DNA from: an uncultured Monoglobus sp.
GTDB lineage: Bacteria > Bacillota > Clostridia > Monoglobales > Monoglobaceae
DNA length: 64,000 nucleotides
Reading direction: 5' to 3'
Assembly (NCBI GenBank): GCA_947625055.1
Contig: CANQMT010000009.1
Coordinates: forward strand, 12,750-76,749
This document shows, piece after piece, positions 19,432 through 29,934 of this stretch. The notes under the pieces are model-generated. The model saw only the letters and a list, made by a program, of their open reading frames with translations, ran no database searches and had not been told where the DNA came from. Each line of letters starts with the position of its first letter. Positions within the stretch are counted from its first letter, which is position 1. A program made the position numbers and the translations under genes.

Positions 19432-19546
19432 GCTCTCATCGCAAATCCCGCTCCGGTTGATGCCGGCCCGAGCGAAGGGAGAGACACAGACTGCCAAAAT
19501 ATTACATTATTTTTAAAAATATATTAAATTAATTTTTAGAAAATCA

Positions 19547-19575
19547 TTGACAATTATGTAAAAAAGTTGTATAAT
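19547..19575 (+). promoter_or_regulatory. Sigma-A promoter of the adhesin-sortase pair
   Basis: Consensus TTGACA, 17 bp, TATAAT. Confidence 0.8.
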
Positions 19576-19713
19576 TGTTTCATAGTGTTTTGTTAAAATT
19601 GTGCAATTTATATATTTGCGTACACGAAATAACCGCTTTATAGAAGCATGTGCGAAAATTGGTTTATTCTGCGGTCATGTTTCTGTAATAAAATTGGAAA
19701 GGTGGAGAATGTT

Positions 19714-22700
19714 TTGACTTCAAGCTGTGTTAAAAACAGAAGATCTATAGCACTTATATTGTGCGCGGCGCTTATCGCCACGCTTATAGCCGTGATACCC
19801 GTCACGAGCAGGGCTATGTCGGTCTGGAATTTTGAGGATGTTTGCGTGCCCGGAAGCATGCACACGACTTTTACGGATCCGAACGGCAATCCGCTTCAAA
19901 TGCCGGTCGGCCGCGACCAACAGTTCAAGCTTCATTTTGAGTATGAGATCAGGAACAACACAATAGAGCCGGGCGATATACTCGTTTACAATCTGCCCGA
20001 AGGCATCGATATTGCCGAGCTTGGCGACGGCGGCATAATCACCGCACCCGGAACCAACGAGGCGATCGGTATTTATGAGTTTAGCGAAGGCGTCGTTAAT
20101 TTCCGTTTCTATGACGATTTTGTACAGAATAATCAAGATATTAAGGGAACATTTAACTGCACAATGAAGTTCGATAAGTCATACACCGAAAATCATAACG
20201 AGGGCAGCTTTGAGTTCCCGGGCAGCGGAGAATTTTTCCAAGTAACGTTTGATGACAAGATCCAAAGCGCGAAAAATTTCAGCATGGATCCCGAGACTGG
20301 AGAGATCGTTTATACCATTGAGTTCACACCCGACGCCAATTATAAGAACGTGAGACTTTCGGACGTGCTCGGAAGCAATCTGAGCTTCCCGCCCAACACC
20401 AAGTTTGAAATGAAGTCGGGCTGGGCCAATTGGGGCGACGCGACACTGAACCCGAATGATATTCTTCAGCTTGAATGTGACATAAACGGCCAAAGCGCCA
20501 GCGTGTTCCTAGGCGACGTCAAGGCCGGCATTCCGTATTCGATCAGATACAGAGTAAAGCTTGACGACCCGTTCCTTGCGACCGGCGACAACAAAAACGT
20601 CGCGCACTGGACGATCGAAGGAGATGACGCGGGCGAATCGAGCAACGACGGCCCCCAGTGGGTAACGCCGGGATTTCAGAAGTCCGGTGTTTATGACGAG
20701 GCATCCGGAACGATCAAATGGACGATAGACGTTAACGCCGACAACTGGCTGAACGTAAGAGCAAACCTTAAGGGCGCCACCGTCACGGATAATCTTCCCG
20801 AGGGGCTCACGATCGAGTATGTGACCTTGACCAACAAGGACACGGGCTCAAGCTCCGGCATGGATGTTTATTCCCATATGCAGGACGGCAAGTTTACATA
20901 TACCTTCCCCGACACGGATGATTACAGCCACTATGTTTTTGAGATAGTGACAAGGGTCAATGATCCCGAGGCGGCAAAGCAGTATAAAAACAGCGCCGAA
21001 ATTGACTATCCCGAATACGATTATCATGACAGCTCCGACGCGACAGCCGGAAAAGATCCCGGCCCGGGTGAAGATAAGCCGAACATCAAAAAGAACAATC
21101 TCGGCGGAGACAGAAAAGACGGCTCGGCCGATTGGGAGATAAAGGTTCCCGCCGCTGACCTCGCCGGAAAGACCAATGTCACCATAACCGACAGTCATGA
21201 CAACGCTTACGACGACCCGTGGCACTGGAATTTCCCGTGGGAATATACCAAAGACTCCGTCGAGGTAAAGCTTGTAAACGGCGATTCGGTGACAAAGCTT
21301 GAAAAAGACAAAGATTATACCTTAGAATTTTATGAGCCAAATTATGAATATGGTGACACCAAGCGTGAGTTTTATGTGAAATTTATCGGTGATTACTTAG
21401 ATTTCAGCGGCAAATCCGGCGACGTTGTTATCACTTACAAGACATATGTCGATCCCGAATACTATAACGGCTCAAGTGACATTATGGTGTTTAAAAACAG
21501 CGCAACTGTGTCCTATGACGGAGGCAGCGCGTCCGATGACGCCGAATGGAGATGTGATAAGAGGAGCCAGCTTAATAAGGAATCGACATATATCAATTGG
21601 GACGAAAATAATCGCAGATATGAAATAACATGGCAAATTTATTTTAACCAGTCCGAGGCGATCGATTATCAAGGACAGGAAATTGTTATCCTTGATGATT
21701 TCAAGACTCCGGGAATGAAATATGTTCCTTACAGTTTGATCCTGCGCGAGCTTCCGGGGTGGGGAATGATAAGCGGTGTGCTTGATGAAAACCAATGCAT
21801 TTTGTATAATGACGACGGAACGCAGAAAGGCATGCGCTTCGCAATTCCGGATGTGCATAATGACGGTTATATAATCGAGTATAAGACGACGATATCGTTA
21901 GACGATCTGGGCACTACCGATTGGCAGGAAAAGGAAATAGTAAACTATGCCGAGGCCTTTAAGCAGAGTGGCGACAGCATCGAAAGCAGCGAGGCGACGG
22001 AGCGTGTCACACAGAAAAATCTTGAAAAATCCGCCGCCGCGATCAACAACAACGAGTCAGAGACATATGGCATTAAATACACAATACATGTAAACAAATA
22101 CGGATATGATCTGGATCCGGGATCCGCGACCATTGAGCTGACGGACGTTATTCCGAAAAATGTTATCCTCAACAGAGGCGACGTCACCGGCGTAAAGGTT
22201 TACGAGGCTGACGCTTACGGCAATGAAACGCCGCTTGACGCCGATAAGTACAAGGCGTCATACAACAGCGCGACCAGACTGCTTAAACTCACATTGCCCG
22301 ATCAGAAGCATTTGGTTGTTAAATACACCGTCGGAATTGTCGGAGAGATTGGCAAAGATATGACCGTTATTAACAGCGCCAAGCTTAAAGGTTCCTACAG
22401 CTATACCAGTCAGGCTGAAAAGACCTACAAGGTAACGTCAAGCAGCGCCGAGGCCGTGGGAATAACCAACAAGCTTACCATCACAAAGGTTGACGGAGAC
22501 GACTTGGATGGCTCGACTCTTGAGGGCGCAACATATCAGCTTTATCTTGTTGATGTTGAAAACAGCACGAGCCTTGAGGATATGAAGACCACAAAAGAGG
22601 ACGAAAAAACGACGGGCCCCGACGGCAGGATCGTTTGGGGAGAAGACGGTGACAATGAGGGAAATCTGAAACTTGATCAGCTTTACTACTATGTCGAGAC

Positions 22701-24738
22701 TGAGGCTCCGGACGGTTATGAGGTTGACGACACCAAGTATTTCTTCCTGCTTCGAGGCAACACCGCCGACGATATGATCAACATGATAATCGACAAATTC
22801 GGTCAGCCTTTCTATGATGCGGATTATTCGGTATTCTATTACAGTCAAAACCCGAGCAATATAGTAACCGACAATAAAATAAAGGCAACGCCGACTCCCG
22901 CGCCGACGCCGACGGTTACGCCGACAGCAACGCCGTCGCCGACGCCTACTGTGACGCCGACGCCTACACCTACGGCAACGCCAACGCCTACACCGACGGC
23001 AACGCCTACACCGACGGCAACGCCAACGCCGACACCGACGGTTACGCCGACGCCGACACCGACGGTTACGCCGACGCCGACACCGACGGTTACGCCGACG
23101 CCGACACCGACGGTTACGCCGACGCCGACGCCGACACCGACGGTAACACCAACGCCGACACCGAGCGAGGCGCCTACGTCTACACCGTATATTCCGCCTC
23201 CGCCGCCGCCGACGCCTACTGTAACGCCGACGCCGAGTGATACACCGGCACCGACGCCTACGGTTACGCCGACGCCGAGTGATACACCGGCACCGACGCC
23301 TACTGTGACACCGACGCCGAGTGATACACCGGCACCGACGCCTACGGTTACGCCGACGCCGAGTGATACACCGGCGCCGACGCCGTATATACCGCCGCCG
23401 ACACCTACGGTAACACCGAGTGAGACGCCGGCACCTACACCTACACCGAGTGAGGCACCAACGCCGACGCCGAGTGATACTCCCGCGCCGACGCCTACTG
23501 TGACACCGACGCCGAGTGATACACCGGCACCGACGCCTACGGTTACGCCGACGCCGAGTGATACACCGGCGCCGACGCCGTATATACCGCCGCCGACACC
23601 TACGGTAACACCGAGTGAGACGCCGGCACCTACACCTACACCGAGTGAGGCACCAACGCCGACGCCGAGTGATACTCCCGCGCCGACGCCTACTGTGACA
23701 CCGACGCCGAGTGATACACCGGCACCGACGCCTACTGTGACGCCGACGCCGAGTGATACGCCCGCGCCGACGCCGTATATACCGCCTCCGCCGCCGACAC
23801 CTACGGTAACACCGAGTGAGACGCCGGCACCTACACCTACACCGAGTGAGACGCCGGCACCCACGCCGTATATACCCGGTCCCGCGCCGACACCGACGGT
23901 GACTGAGACACCGACGCCGAGCGATGCTCCTACGCCCACACCCGTGGTAACGGAAGCGCCAACGCCAACGCCTGTAGTGACCGAGGCTCCTACGCCCACA
24001 CCCGTGGTAACGGAAGCACCCACACCTACGCCGGTTGTAACGGAAGCGCCTACGCCTACACCGTATATTCCGCCACCGCCGCCGGCAACACCAACGCCGA
24101 CGCCAACGGCAACACCGACGGAAGCGCCCACGCCTACACCGGTAGTGACCGAGGCTCCTACGCCCACACCCGTGGTAACGGAAGCCCCGACACCCACACC
24201 GGTTGTAACGGAAGCTCCTACGCCTGCGCCGACACCGACGAGACGGCCTTCGCTGCCGTTTATCTCGGGAACGCCTTCGTTCGGAACAACCCCGACCTTC
24301 GCGCCCGTTCCCACTCCGGCTTCAACGCCGCAAGTGACGCCTGCGCCTACCGAGACGCCCGCGCCGACCGTGGAGCCAACTCCGGTTCCGACCGAAACGC
24401 CGGCGCCCACCGAGACTCCGTCTCCGGAAGGCGGCACACCGGGCGGTCCCGGCGGTCCGGGAACTCCGGGAGAATCCGACTCGAGCAGCGGAACTCAGGG
24501 CGATGAATACGACAATCCCAGGGAGGTTAACAACGTCGATGAGACAGGCACATCGGGCACAAGCGGCGATGTTTACAACAACAACAGATACGTCAACGGA
24601 AAGCCTCAGGGAGAGACCCCGAAGACCGGAGACGAAAGCAGGACGGGATTGTGGATCATGCTGGCGATGAGCCTGGCGCTCGGAGCCGCATGGGCATTCA
24701 AGAAATCAAACGACGACAAAGACAGTCAGCGTTCTTGA
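19714..24738 (+). CDS. Large sortase-anchored adhesin: Cna/collagen-binding-like Ig repeats, SpaA-like domain, ~520-aa Pro/Thr stalk, TPKTG sorting signal
   Basis: Signal peptide after TTG 19714 (ORF open from 19648). Repeated K.G...I.(W/Y)TI.VN...TD.LP modules and KVD...LEGATYQL...[12 protein letters not shown]-terminal ETPKTGD, hydrophobic helix and KK tail. Confidence 0.88.
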   Translation: MTSSCVKNRRSIALILCAALIATLIAVIPVTSRAMSVWNFEDVCVPGSMHTTFTDPNGNPLQMPVGRDQQFKLHFEYEIRNNTIEPGDILVYNLPEGIDIAELGDGGIITAPGTNEAIGIYEFSEGVVNFRFYDDFVQNNQDIKGTFNCTMKFDKSYTENHNEGSFEFPGSGEFFQVTFDDKIQSAKNFSMDPETGEIVYTIEFTPDANYKNVRLSDVLGSNLSFPPNTKFEMKSGWANWGDATLNPNDILQLECDINGQSASVFLGDVKAGIPYSIRYRVKLDDPFLATGDNKNVAHWTIEGDDAGESSNDGPQWVTPGFQKSGVYDEASGTIKWTIDVNADNWLNVRANLKGATVTDNLPEGLTIEYVTLTNKDTGSSSGMDVYSHMQDGKFTYTFPDTDDYSHYVFEIVTRVNDPEAAKQYKNSAEIDYPEYDYHDSSDATAGKDPGPGEDKPNIKKNNLGGDRKDGSADWEIKVPAADLAGKTNVTITDSHDNAYDDPWHWNFPWEYTKDSVEVKLVNGDSVTKLEKDKDYTLEFYEPNYEYGDTKREFYVKFIGDYLDFSGKSGDVVITYKTYVDPEYYNGSSDIMVFKNSATVSYDGGSASDDAEWRCDKRSQLNKESTYINWDENNRRYEITWQIYFNQSEAIDYQGQEIVILDDFKTPGMKYVPYSLILRELPGWGMISGVLDENQCILYNDDGTQKGMRFAIPDVHNDGYIIEYKTTISLDDLGTTDWQEKEIVNYAEAFKQSGDSIESSEATERVTQKNLEKSAAAINNNESETYGIKYTIHVNKYGYDLDPGSATIELTDVIPKNVILNRGDVTGVKVYEADAYGNETPLDADKYKASYNSATRLLKLTLPDQKHLVVKYTVGIVGEIGKDMTVINSAKLKGSYSYTSQAEKTYKVTSSSAEAVGITNKLTITKVDGDDLDGSTLEGATYQLYLVDVENSTSLEDMKTTKEDEKTTGPDGRIVWGEDGDNEGNLKLDQLYYYVETEAPDGYEVDDTKYFFLLRGNTADDMINMIIDKFGQPFYDADYSVFYYSQNPSNIVTDNKIKATPTPAPTPTVTPTATPSPTPTVTPTPTPTATPTPTPTATPTPTATPTPTPTVTPTPTPTVTPTPTPTVTPTPTPTVTPTPTPTPTVTPTPTPSEAPTSTPYIPPPPPPTPTVTPTPSDTPAPTPTVTPTPSDTPAPTPTVTPTPSDTPAPTPTVTPTPSDTPAPTPYIPPPTPTVTPSETPAPTPTPSEAPTPTPSDTPAPTPTVTPTPSDTPAPTPTVTPTPSDTPAPTPYIPPPTPTVTPSETPAPTPTPSEAPTPTPSDTPAPTPTVTPTPSDTPAPTPTVTPTPSDTPAPTPYIPPPPPTPTVTPSETPAPTPTPSETPAPTPYIPGPAPTPTVTETPTPSDAPTPTPVVTEAPTPTPVVTEAPTPTPVVTEAPTPTPVVTEAPTPTPYIPPPPPATPTPTPTATPTEAPTPTPVVTEAPTPTPVVTEAPTPTPVVTEAPTPAPTPTRRPSLPFISGTPSFGTTPTFAPVPTPASTPQVTPAPTETPAPTVEPTPVPTETPAPTETPSPEGGTPGGPGGPGTPGESDSSSGTQGDEYDNPREVNNVDETGTSGTSGDVYNNNRYVNGKPQGETPKTGDESRTGLWIMLAMSLALGAAWAFKKSNDDKDSQRS
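22885..24430 (+). repeat. Hierarchical coding tandem repeats ([30 protein letters not shown]) including a 195-bp duplication
   Basis: The 65-aa unit starting at 23341 recurs at 23536. Shorter 18-, 30- and 42-bp units are also visible. Confidence 0.95.
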
Positions 24739-24756
24739 GACAAGGAGGGTTCAATA

Positions 24757-25506
24757 ATGAAAAATAAAATTTTTAAAGGTATTGCGATCCTCTGCGCGCT
24801 GGCCTGCGCCTTGTCGGTCGCGCAGATCATAAGGATCCAATATCAATATAAGCAGGGTGAAAAAGAGTACGCCGATCTGGCGCTCAATCTGGTAACATTG
24901 TCGGCGGCCGATGATTTCACGGCCCCCGGCGATGAGATCGGAGCCCCTATAGACGTTAACTTCGAGATGCTCAGCCAAATGAACGCCGAGGCGGTCGGCT
25001 GGCTTTACAGCCCGGGAACGCCGATAAACTATCCGGTCGTCCGCAGCAGCGATAATTCATATTATCTCAAGCATCTGTATAACGACCAGAAAAATTCATC
25101 CGGCGCGATATTTATGGACGCGCTGAACGATCCGGACATGAGCGATATCAACACGGTCATCTACGGCCACAACATGAAAAACGGCTCGATGTTCGCGTCG
25201 CTCCAGAACTATTCCGACCCCGCGTATCTGCGCGAGCATCCCGTGATCTATTACATGAACGCGCAGCACGACTACAGAATAGACATTTTCGCGTGCTATC
25301 CCGAGGCTGCGGCCTCCGAGACTTACACCATAAACTTTGACTCGGCCGATACTTACGCGGCCTATCTGCAGAGAGTTTGGAGCAAGTCGGAGATCTCGGC
25401 TGACGTGCCGATGACGACCGACGACAATATAGTCACTCTCGTGACCTGCACCGGATACAGCAATGACAGATACGTCGTTCTCGGCAAGATAACGCAGATC
25501 AGCTAA
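24757..25506 (+). CDS. srtB: Class B sortase
   Basis: N-terminal TM, INYPVV, AIFMD, NTVIYGHNMKNGSMF, TLVTC and the catalytic Arg in DRYVV. Confidence 0.93.
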   Translation: MKNKIFKGIAILCALACALSVAQIIRIQYQYKQGEKEYADLALNLVTLSAADDFTAPGDEIGAPIDVNFEMLSQMNAEAVGWLYSPGTPINYPVVRSSDNSYYLKHLYNDQKNSSGAIFMDALNDPDMSDINTVIYGHNMKNGSMFASLQNYSDPAYLREHPVIYYMNAQHDYRIDIFACYPEAAASETYTINFDSADTYAAYLQRVWSKSEISADVPMTTDDNIVTLVTCTGYSNDRYVVLGKITQIS

Positions 25507-25509
25507 TAT

Positions 25510-25537
25510 AAAACCGGAGCCGCAAGGCTCCGGTTTT
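25510..25537. terminator. Bidirectional terminator after srtB
   Basis: AAAACCGGAGCC-GCAA-GGCTCCGGTTTT. Confidence 0.88.
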
Positions 25538-25817
25538 AAATATGCCGAAAAGGTGTTATTAATAAAGCTGCGAGCTGAAAACAGTTTTGATATGATCGCC
25601 GGGCCCCGGTTCCGTCATGCCCCGCCCGGACGGCAAAGAAACTGTTTTTAGCTCGCGCAAACCGCATATTTTCAGAGGTTTTAGGTGTTTGCAACTAACT
25701 TGAACCGCCGAAGAGCGCGAGGGGCGGAGGCGGCTCGCGCAACCGGGTGGGCGAATAATTTTTAAAAAAAGAGTTTTTCTACACGCAGAGAGGTTCGCGC
25801 TCCGGTTTTTTGAGCTT

Positions 25818-26339
25818 TTAAAATCCGAAAAACTGCACCAGAAACACAGACATGAGTATTCCGGTCAGGTCGGCGGCGAGGGCGGCAAACAGTGTGTGGC
25901 GCACATTTTTTATGCCCGCGCTGCCGAAATATACCGCCACGGTATAGAATGTCGTCTCGGTCGAGCCCATCATGATCGAGGCGATCCTGCCCCGGGGCGA
26001 GTCCGGGCCGAAGTTTTTGAAAATATCGGTAACAACAGCGAGCGACGCGCTTCCCGAAACGGGCCGCAAGAGACCCAGCGGAACCAGATCGGACGGCATA
26101 TGTATAAGGTCGGTCAGCGGCGAGGCGGCGCGGGTGACAAGTTCAAGACAGCCGCTTTCGCGGAACATATATATCGCGGTCATAAGGCCGATCAGCGAGG
26201 GGATTATGTTAAACGCCGATTCAAGCCCCGATTTTGCGCCCGTTGTGAACGACGCATAAATATCGGTCTTCTTGGCAAATCCGTAAATTATGAATATGAA
26301 TATAAAGCATGGCACGGAATACGCCGAGATAAGCTCCAT
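25818..26339 (-). CDS. spmB: Spore maturation protein B
   Basis: LLRPVSGSASL, MGSTETTFYTVAVYFGS and RHTL. Confidence 0.95.
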   Translation of the reverse strand: MELISAYSVPCFIFIFIIYGFAKKTDIYASFTTGAKSGLESAFNIIPSLIGLMTAIYMFRESGCLELVTRAASPLTDLIHMPSDLVPLGLLRPVSGSASLAVVTDIFKNFGPDSPRGRIASIMMGSTETTFYTVAVYFGSAGIKNVRHTLFAALAADLTGILMSVFLVQFFGF

Positions 26340-26362
26340 AGTAATTCCTCCCGTGTGTTTTT

Positions 26363-26938
26363 TCAGAAGCGTTTTTCAAGCAGTTTCACCATAGTTATCC
26401 CCACGGCGAGCGCGCAGATCTCGCAGATCCATATCGCCGGTATGACGGCGCCGGGCGAGGCCGAGCCCCAGTTTTGGCGCAGCGAGATCAGCGTAGTCGG
26501 TATCAGTTGAAGCGAGGCCGTGTTAAGCACAACAAGCATGCACATCTCGTTTGAGGCAGAGCTTTTGCCGCCGTTCAGTTTTTTTAGTTTCCCCACCGCG
26601 CTTATGCCGAGCGGCGTCGCGGCGTTCCCCATTCCCAGAAGATTGGCCACAATGTTCATGACCACAGAGCCGAAGGCGTCCGAATCGCGGCGGAGTTTCG
26701 GGAAAAGCCGCTTTAGGGCGGGACTTAAAAACTTTGATATGACGCGTATCAGCCCCGCGTCCTCGCCTATTTTTGAGATCCCGGTCCACAGGCACATTAT
26801 CCCCAGCAGTGAGATCGAAAGGTTTACAGCCTCACCGGCGCCGCTGACCGCCGCGGCGGCCGTCTGCTCCACCCTGCCGGTAAAGACCGACACTATCAGA
26901 GAGGCGATGATCATCCCGCCCCATATGTAATTCATCAT
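26363..26938 (-). CDS. spmA: Spore maturation protein A
   Basis: MMNYIWGGMI, ANLLGMGNAATPLGI and LNTASLQLIPTT. Confidence 0.95.
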   Translation of the reverse strand: MMNYIWGGMIIASLIVSVFTGRVEQTAAAAVSGAGEAVNLSISLLGIMCLWTGISKIGEDAGLIRVISKFLSPALKRLFPKLRRDSDAFGSVVMNIVANLLGMGNAATPLGISAVGKLKKLNGGKSSASNEMCMLVVLNTASLQLIPTTLISLRQNWGSASPGAVIPAIWICEICALAVGITMVKLLEKRF

Positions 26939-27289
26939 TTTTAATACCCCTTATCTTTGAATCCTGTTCAGTATAATTCTGAAATCTTTTTATTATCATT
27001 CCGAAATATTCTCATTATAGTTCTGTAATTGTTTTTTTAGGTATTTGTAATTTTGAAACACCAAAATTCTCGTTTTTTATTGTAAAATATGCGGTATAAT
27101 GTTAGCCGCGGAAAAACATTTAAGGAAACAACTGAAATTTTGTCATGCAGTTTTACCGATATATTGATTATTGTATTATGCAAAAGGCCGATAAATTCGG
27201 CATTTTCGCGATTCGGGAGAAATTTTGGATCGACAAAATACGATTATATTATCTTTTTTACGAAAATGTAAAATTTCTGCAAAAAATGC

Positions 27290-27358
27290 TTGCAAATTGT
27301 CGGAGGATGTAGTAAAATGAAATAAAAGTGGGGCAAAGTGTATTAAAATGTATCAAAA
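27290..27358 (+). promoter_or_regulatory. dcw/mraZ promoter with 10-bp-spaced candidate MraZ boxes
   Basis: TTGCAA-17-TAAAAT (27290-27318), then AAAGTGGGGC AAAGTGTATT AAAATGTATC. MraZ is known to bind spaced GTG(G/A)-type repeats at its own promoter. Confidence 0.65.
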
Positions 27359-27607
27359 TACCGCTTTGCGGGATTTACGATAAGCGAAAGGATAAGCGAA
27401 GGGATTAAAGGGCTCCCGGAAAGCGCAAAGCGCTTTATGGGAAAGAGGAGCGACCCTGCAGCGGTGAGGAAATACCGCTTTGCGGGATTTACGATAAGCG
27501 AAAGGATAAGGGGCTCCCGGAAAGCGCAAAGCGCTTTATGGGAAAGAGGAGCGACCCTGCAGCGGTGAGGAAATACCGCTTTGCGGGATTTACGATAAGC
27601 GAAAGGA
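27356..27607 (+). repeat. A-B-A-B-A tandem repeat in the mraZ 5' leader
   Basis: The 37-bp unit AAATACCGCTTTGCGGGATTTACGATAAGCGAAAGGA starts at 27356, 27470 and 27571. The two intervening B units are identical apart from the left junction. Confidence 0.95.
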
Positions 27608-27618
27608 GGCGCGACGAC

Positions 27619-28026
27619 GTGTTTATAGGTGAATATCCCCAGACTGTGGACGCTAAGTTCAGAGTTAATGTTCCTGCCGGCTTCAGAACGGAGCTGGGAC
27701 AGACCTTTGTTGTCGCAAAGGGCATAAACTGCATCGCGCTTTATCCGGCTGCCGAGTGGGAAGGCTTCCTTTCAAAAATAACCGAGCGCAAAAAACTGCT
27801 GTTCTTCACTTCGGGCTCGAGAGAATGTGAGCTTGACACGCAGGGCAGAGTGGTTGTCCCGCCGAACATGCGCGAATACTTGAATTTAGGCAAAGAAATA
27901 ACGGTTGTCGGAGCGTACAAGCATGTTGAGATATGGAACAGAGAAGCTTGGAAGGACTACATCAGCGATGAGGCTTACAGTTCCGAGAACATCGGAGATA
28001 TAATGGGCGACGGGGAGCTTATATAG
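27619..28026 (+). CDS. mraZ: Transcriptional regulator MraZ
   Basis: VFIGEYPQTVDAKFRVNVP, ELDTQGRVVVP and HVEIW. GTG 27619 follows GAAAGGAGG. Confidence 0.95.
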   Translation: MFIGEYPQTVDAKFRVNVPAGFRTELGQTFVVAKGINCIALYPAAEWEGFLSKITERKKLLFFTSGSRECELDTQGRVVVPPNMREYLNLGKEITVVGAYKHVEIWNREAWKDYISDEAYSSENIGDIMGDGELI

Positions 28027-28028
28027 AT

Positions 28029-28973
28029 ATGGAATTTAATCATGTATCCGTGCTGCCCGCCGAAAGCGTGGAGCTGCTTGGCGTGAAGCCCGACGGAGTA
28101 TATGTTGACGGAACTTTGGGCGGAGGCGGACATGCCTCGCTGATCTGCGAACGGCTCAGCAAAAACGGGACACTGATCGGTATTGACCGTGACGAGGAGG
28201 CGCTGGCTGCCGCAGATGAACGGCTTAAAAAATTCGATTGCCGCGTAATAACAGAACACGACAATTTTTTTAATATTAAATCCATACTAAAAAGGCACAA
28301 CATCGACAAGATCGACGGCGCTATACTTGATCTGGGCGTGTCGTCGCATCAGCTTGACGAGGCGGAAAGAGGGTTCAGCTATAACGCCGACGCGCCGCTT
28401 GACATGAGAATGGACCGCAATGATGCCCTGAGCGCGAAGACGGTCGTTAACGAGTATCAGGAGGCTGAACTGAGACGAATTTTGTTTGCCTACGGCGAGG
28501 AAAAAAACGCGGCCAAAATCGCGTCAAACATTGTGAGGAGCCGCGAGAAAAAACAGATAGAAACCACGCTTGAGCTCAGCGAGATAATAAAGCGGTCGTT
28601 CCCGCCGCAGAAAAGATACGGGGACAAGCATCCGGCCAAACGGAGCTTCCAGGCGATAAGGATCGAGGTCAACCGCGAGCTTGACGGTCTTGACGCGGCG
28701 ATCCGCGACTTTGTGGACTGTTTAAAGCCCGGCGGCGTGCTGGCGGTGATAACTTTTCACTCGCTTGAGGACAGGATAGTCAAAAACGCGTTTGCCGAGC
28801 TCAAAAGGGGTTGTACATGCCCAAAGGAGTTCCCGGTCTGCGTCTGCGGCAACAAGCCGAAGATAAAGCTTAAAAACCGTAAGCCGATAACGGCGGGAGA
28901 GAAAGAACTGAACGAAAATAACCGTTCGCACAGCGCGAAGCTGCGCGCGGCTGAAAAACTCAAGCAGGAATAG
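28029..28973 (+). CDS. rsmH: 16S rRNA m4C1402 methyltransferase
   Basis: HVSVL, DGTLGGGGH, DLGVSSHQLD, PLDMRMD, FQAIRIEVN, TFHSLEDR and RSHSAKLR. Confidence 0.98.
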   Translation: MEFNHVSVLPAESVELLGVKPDGVYVDGTLGGGGHASLICERLSKNGTLIGIDRDEEALAAADERLKKFDCRVITEHDNFFNIKSILKRHNIDKIDGAILDLGVSSHQLDEAERGFSYNADAPLDMRMDRNDALSAKTVVNEYQEAELRRILFAYGEEKNAAKIASNIVRSREKKQIETTLELSEIIKRSFPPQKRYGDKHPAKRSFQAIRIEVNRELDGLDAAIRDFVDCLKPGGVLAVITFHSLEDRIVKNAFAELKRGCTCPKEFPVCVCGNKPKIKLKNRKPITAGEKELNENNRSHSAKLRAAEKLKQE

Positions 28974-28994
28974 AGAAAATTTTTACTGAAAGGA

Positions 28995-29804
28995 ATGGGT
29001 AAGGTGCCGACCAAGCAGAGAGAAAAAATGAGCGGCAGACATACGGCGGCTCAGAGAAACGCGAACATAAGAACCGATAACCGGACGGCACAGCGATACC
29101 GTTCGACAAATTACAGAAGCAATTACGACAGAACATATTATGACAGATCCCGAGTGAATGTCGGATCTTACTCGTCGGTCCGTGAGACGGCGAGGCAGGG
29201 AGGACGCTACGATGTGAACGGATCGGGATATTATGACGCGTACGGAAAAACGGCGCCGGGAACATACGTTGGAAACGCTTACAGATCTGCGACTCAAACC
29301 TATGACAGAAATATATACAGATCTGCGCCTCAATCGTATGACAGAAACGCCTACAGGAACGCGGAGCCGAGAGCGTATGACAGAAATTCGTACGGCACGT
29401 ACGCGCCGTATCCGACCGCACCCGCGGAGAGGAGCTACGAAAGGCCGGAAGCGCCCGAGCCCGAGCGCAGGATCCTTACCCGCGAGGAGCGTTTGGCCAA
29501 CAAGCGGAAATTCAGAGCAAGATTGAAGGTCGTTGGCGTTATCGCCTTTGTTTTCATGCTGAGCGCGATACTTATATACAGGCAGACGGCGATATTCGGA
29601 AAAAACAGACAGATCGAGAGCTTAAACAGCGAGCTCAGCGGTATTGTTGTCACCAATGAGGGAATTCAATCAACCATTGACCGATCTATCGAGCTGGGCA
29701 ATCTGGAGACTTTCGCCAAGAACAGACTGGGAATGATAAACCCGGATTCCTCCCAGATTTTCTATATTGATATGGGAGCCGGCGATGAGGTTGTTAAACC
29801 GTAG
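28995..29804 (+). CDS. ftsL: FtsL-like cell division protein with a long Tyr/Arg-rich N-terminal extension
   Basis: Lies between rsmH and the PBP. TM, coiled coil and ETFAKNRLGM..P..SQIFYI C-terminus. The start may be ATG 29028. Confidence 0.75.
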   Translation: MGKVPTKQREKMSGRHTAAQRNANIRTDNRTAQRYRSTNYRSNYDRTYYDRSRVNVGSYSSVRETARQGGRYDVNGSGYYDAYGKTAPGTYVGNAYRSATQTYDRNIYRSAPQSYDRNAYRNAEPRAYDRNSYGTYAPYPTAPAERSYERPEAPEPERRILTREERLANKRKFRARLKVVGVIAFVFMLSAILIYRQTAIFGKNRQIESLNSELSGIVVTNEGIQSTIDRSIELGNLETFAKNRLGMINPDSSQIFYIDMGAGDEVVKP

Positions 29805-29934
29805 ACGTCCGGATAAGCCGCGCGGCGCGCAAACGGCTGAAAAACTGTTCTAAAGTTACGGATTTTGAAATAAACTTTCCACAGAGAATGGCGGCCGCGC
29901 AGGGTCGCCTTGTTGGATTTATGGAGGAAAGAAT

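Noticed and set aside
19432-19500. GC-rich hairpin between the murJ and adhesin promoters as a c-di-GMP riboswitch or tRNA fragment
   Set aside because: It lacks the conserved aptamer or cloverleaf motifs and lies upstream of both predicted transcription starts.
22845-24437. 530-aa Gly/Val-rich minus-strand ORF
   Set aside because: It is the antisense shadow of the Pro/Thr repeat codons, with no RBS, promoter or independent features.
27356-27607. Possible mini-CRISPR array (37-bp repeat x3)
   Set aside because: The two spacers are essentially identical, there are no cas genes, and the last repeat forms the mraZ SD. It is a tandem duplication.
27538-27618. 27-aa N-terminal extension of MraZ in the ORF track
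   Set aside because: It arises from the repeat. The conserved MraZ N-terminus and the strong SD point to GTG 27619.
29805-29930. ftsL-PBP spacer resembling the 25.6-kb element and the mraZ repeat (GCAGGGTCGC, GCGCAAAC)
   Set aside because: Matches are 10 bp or shorter and cannot be distinguished from chance without a genome-wide count.
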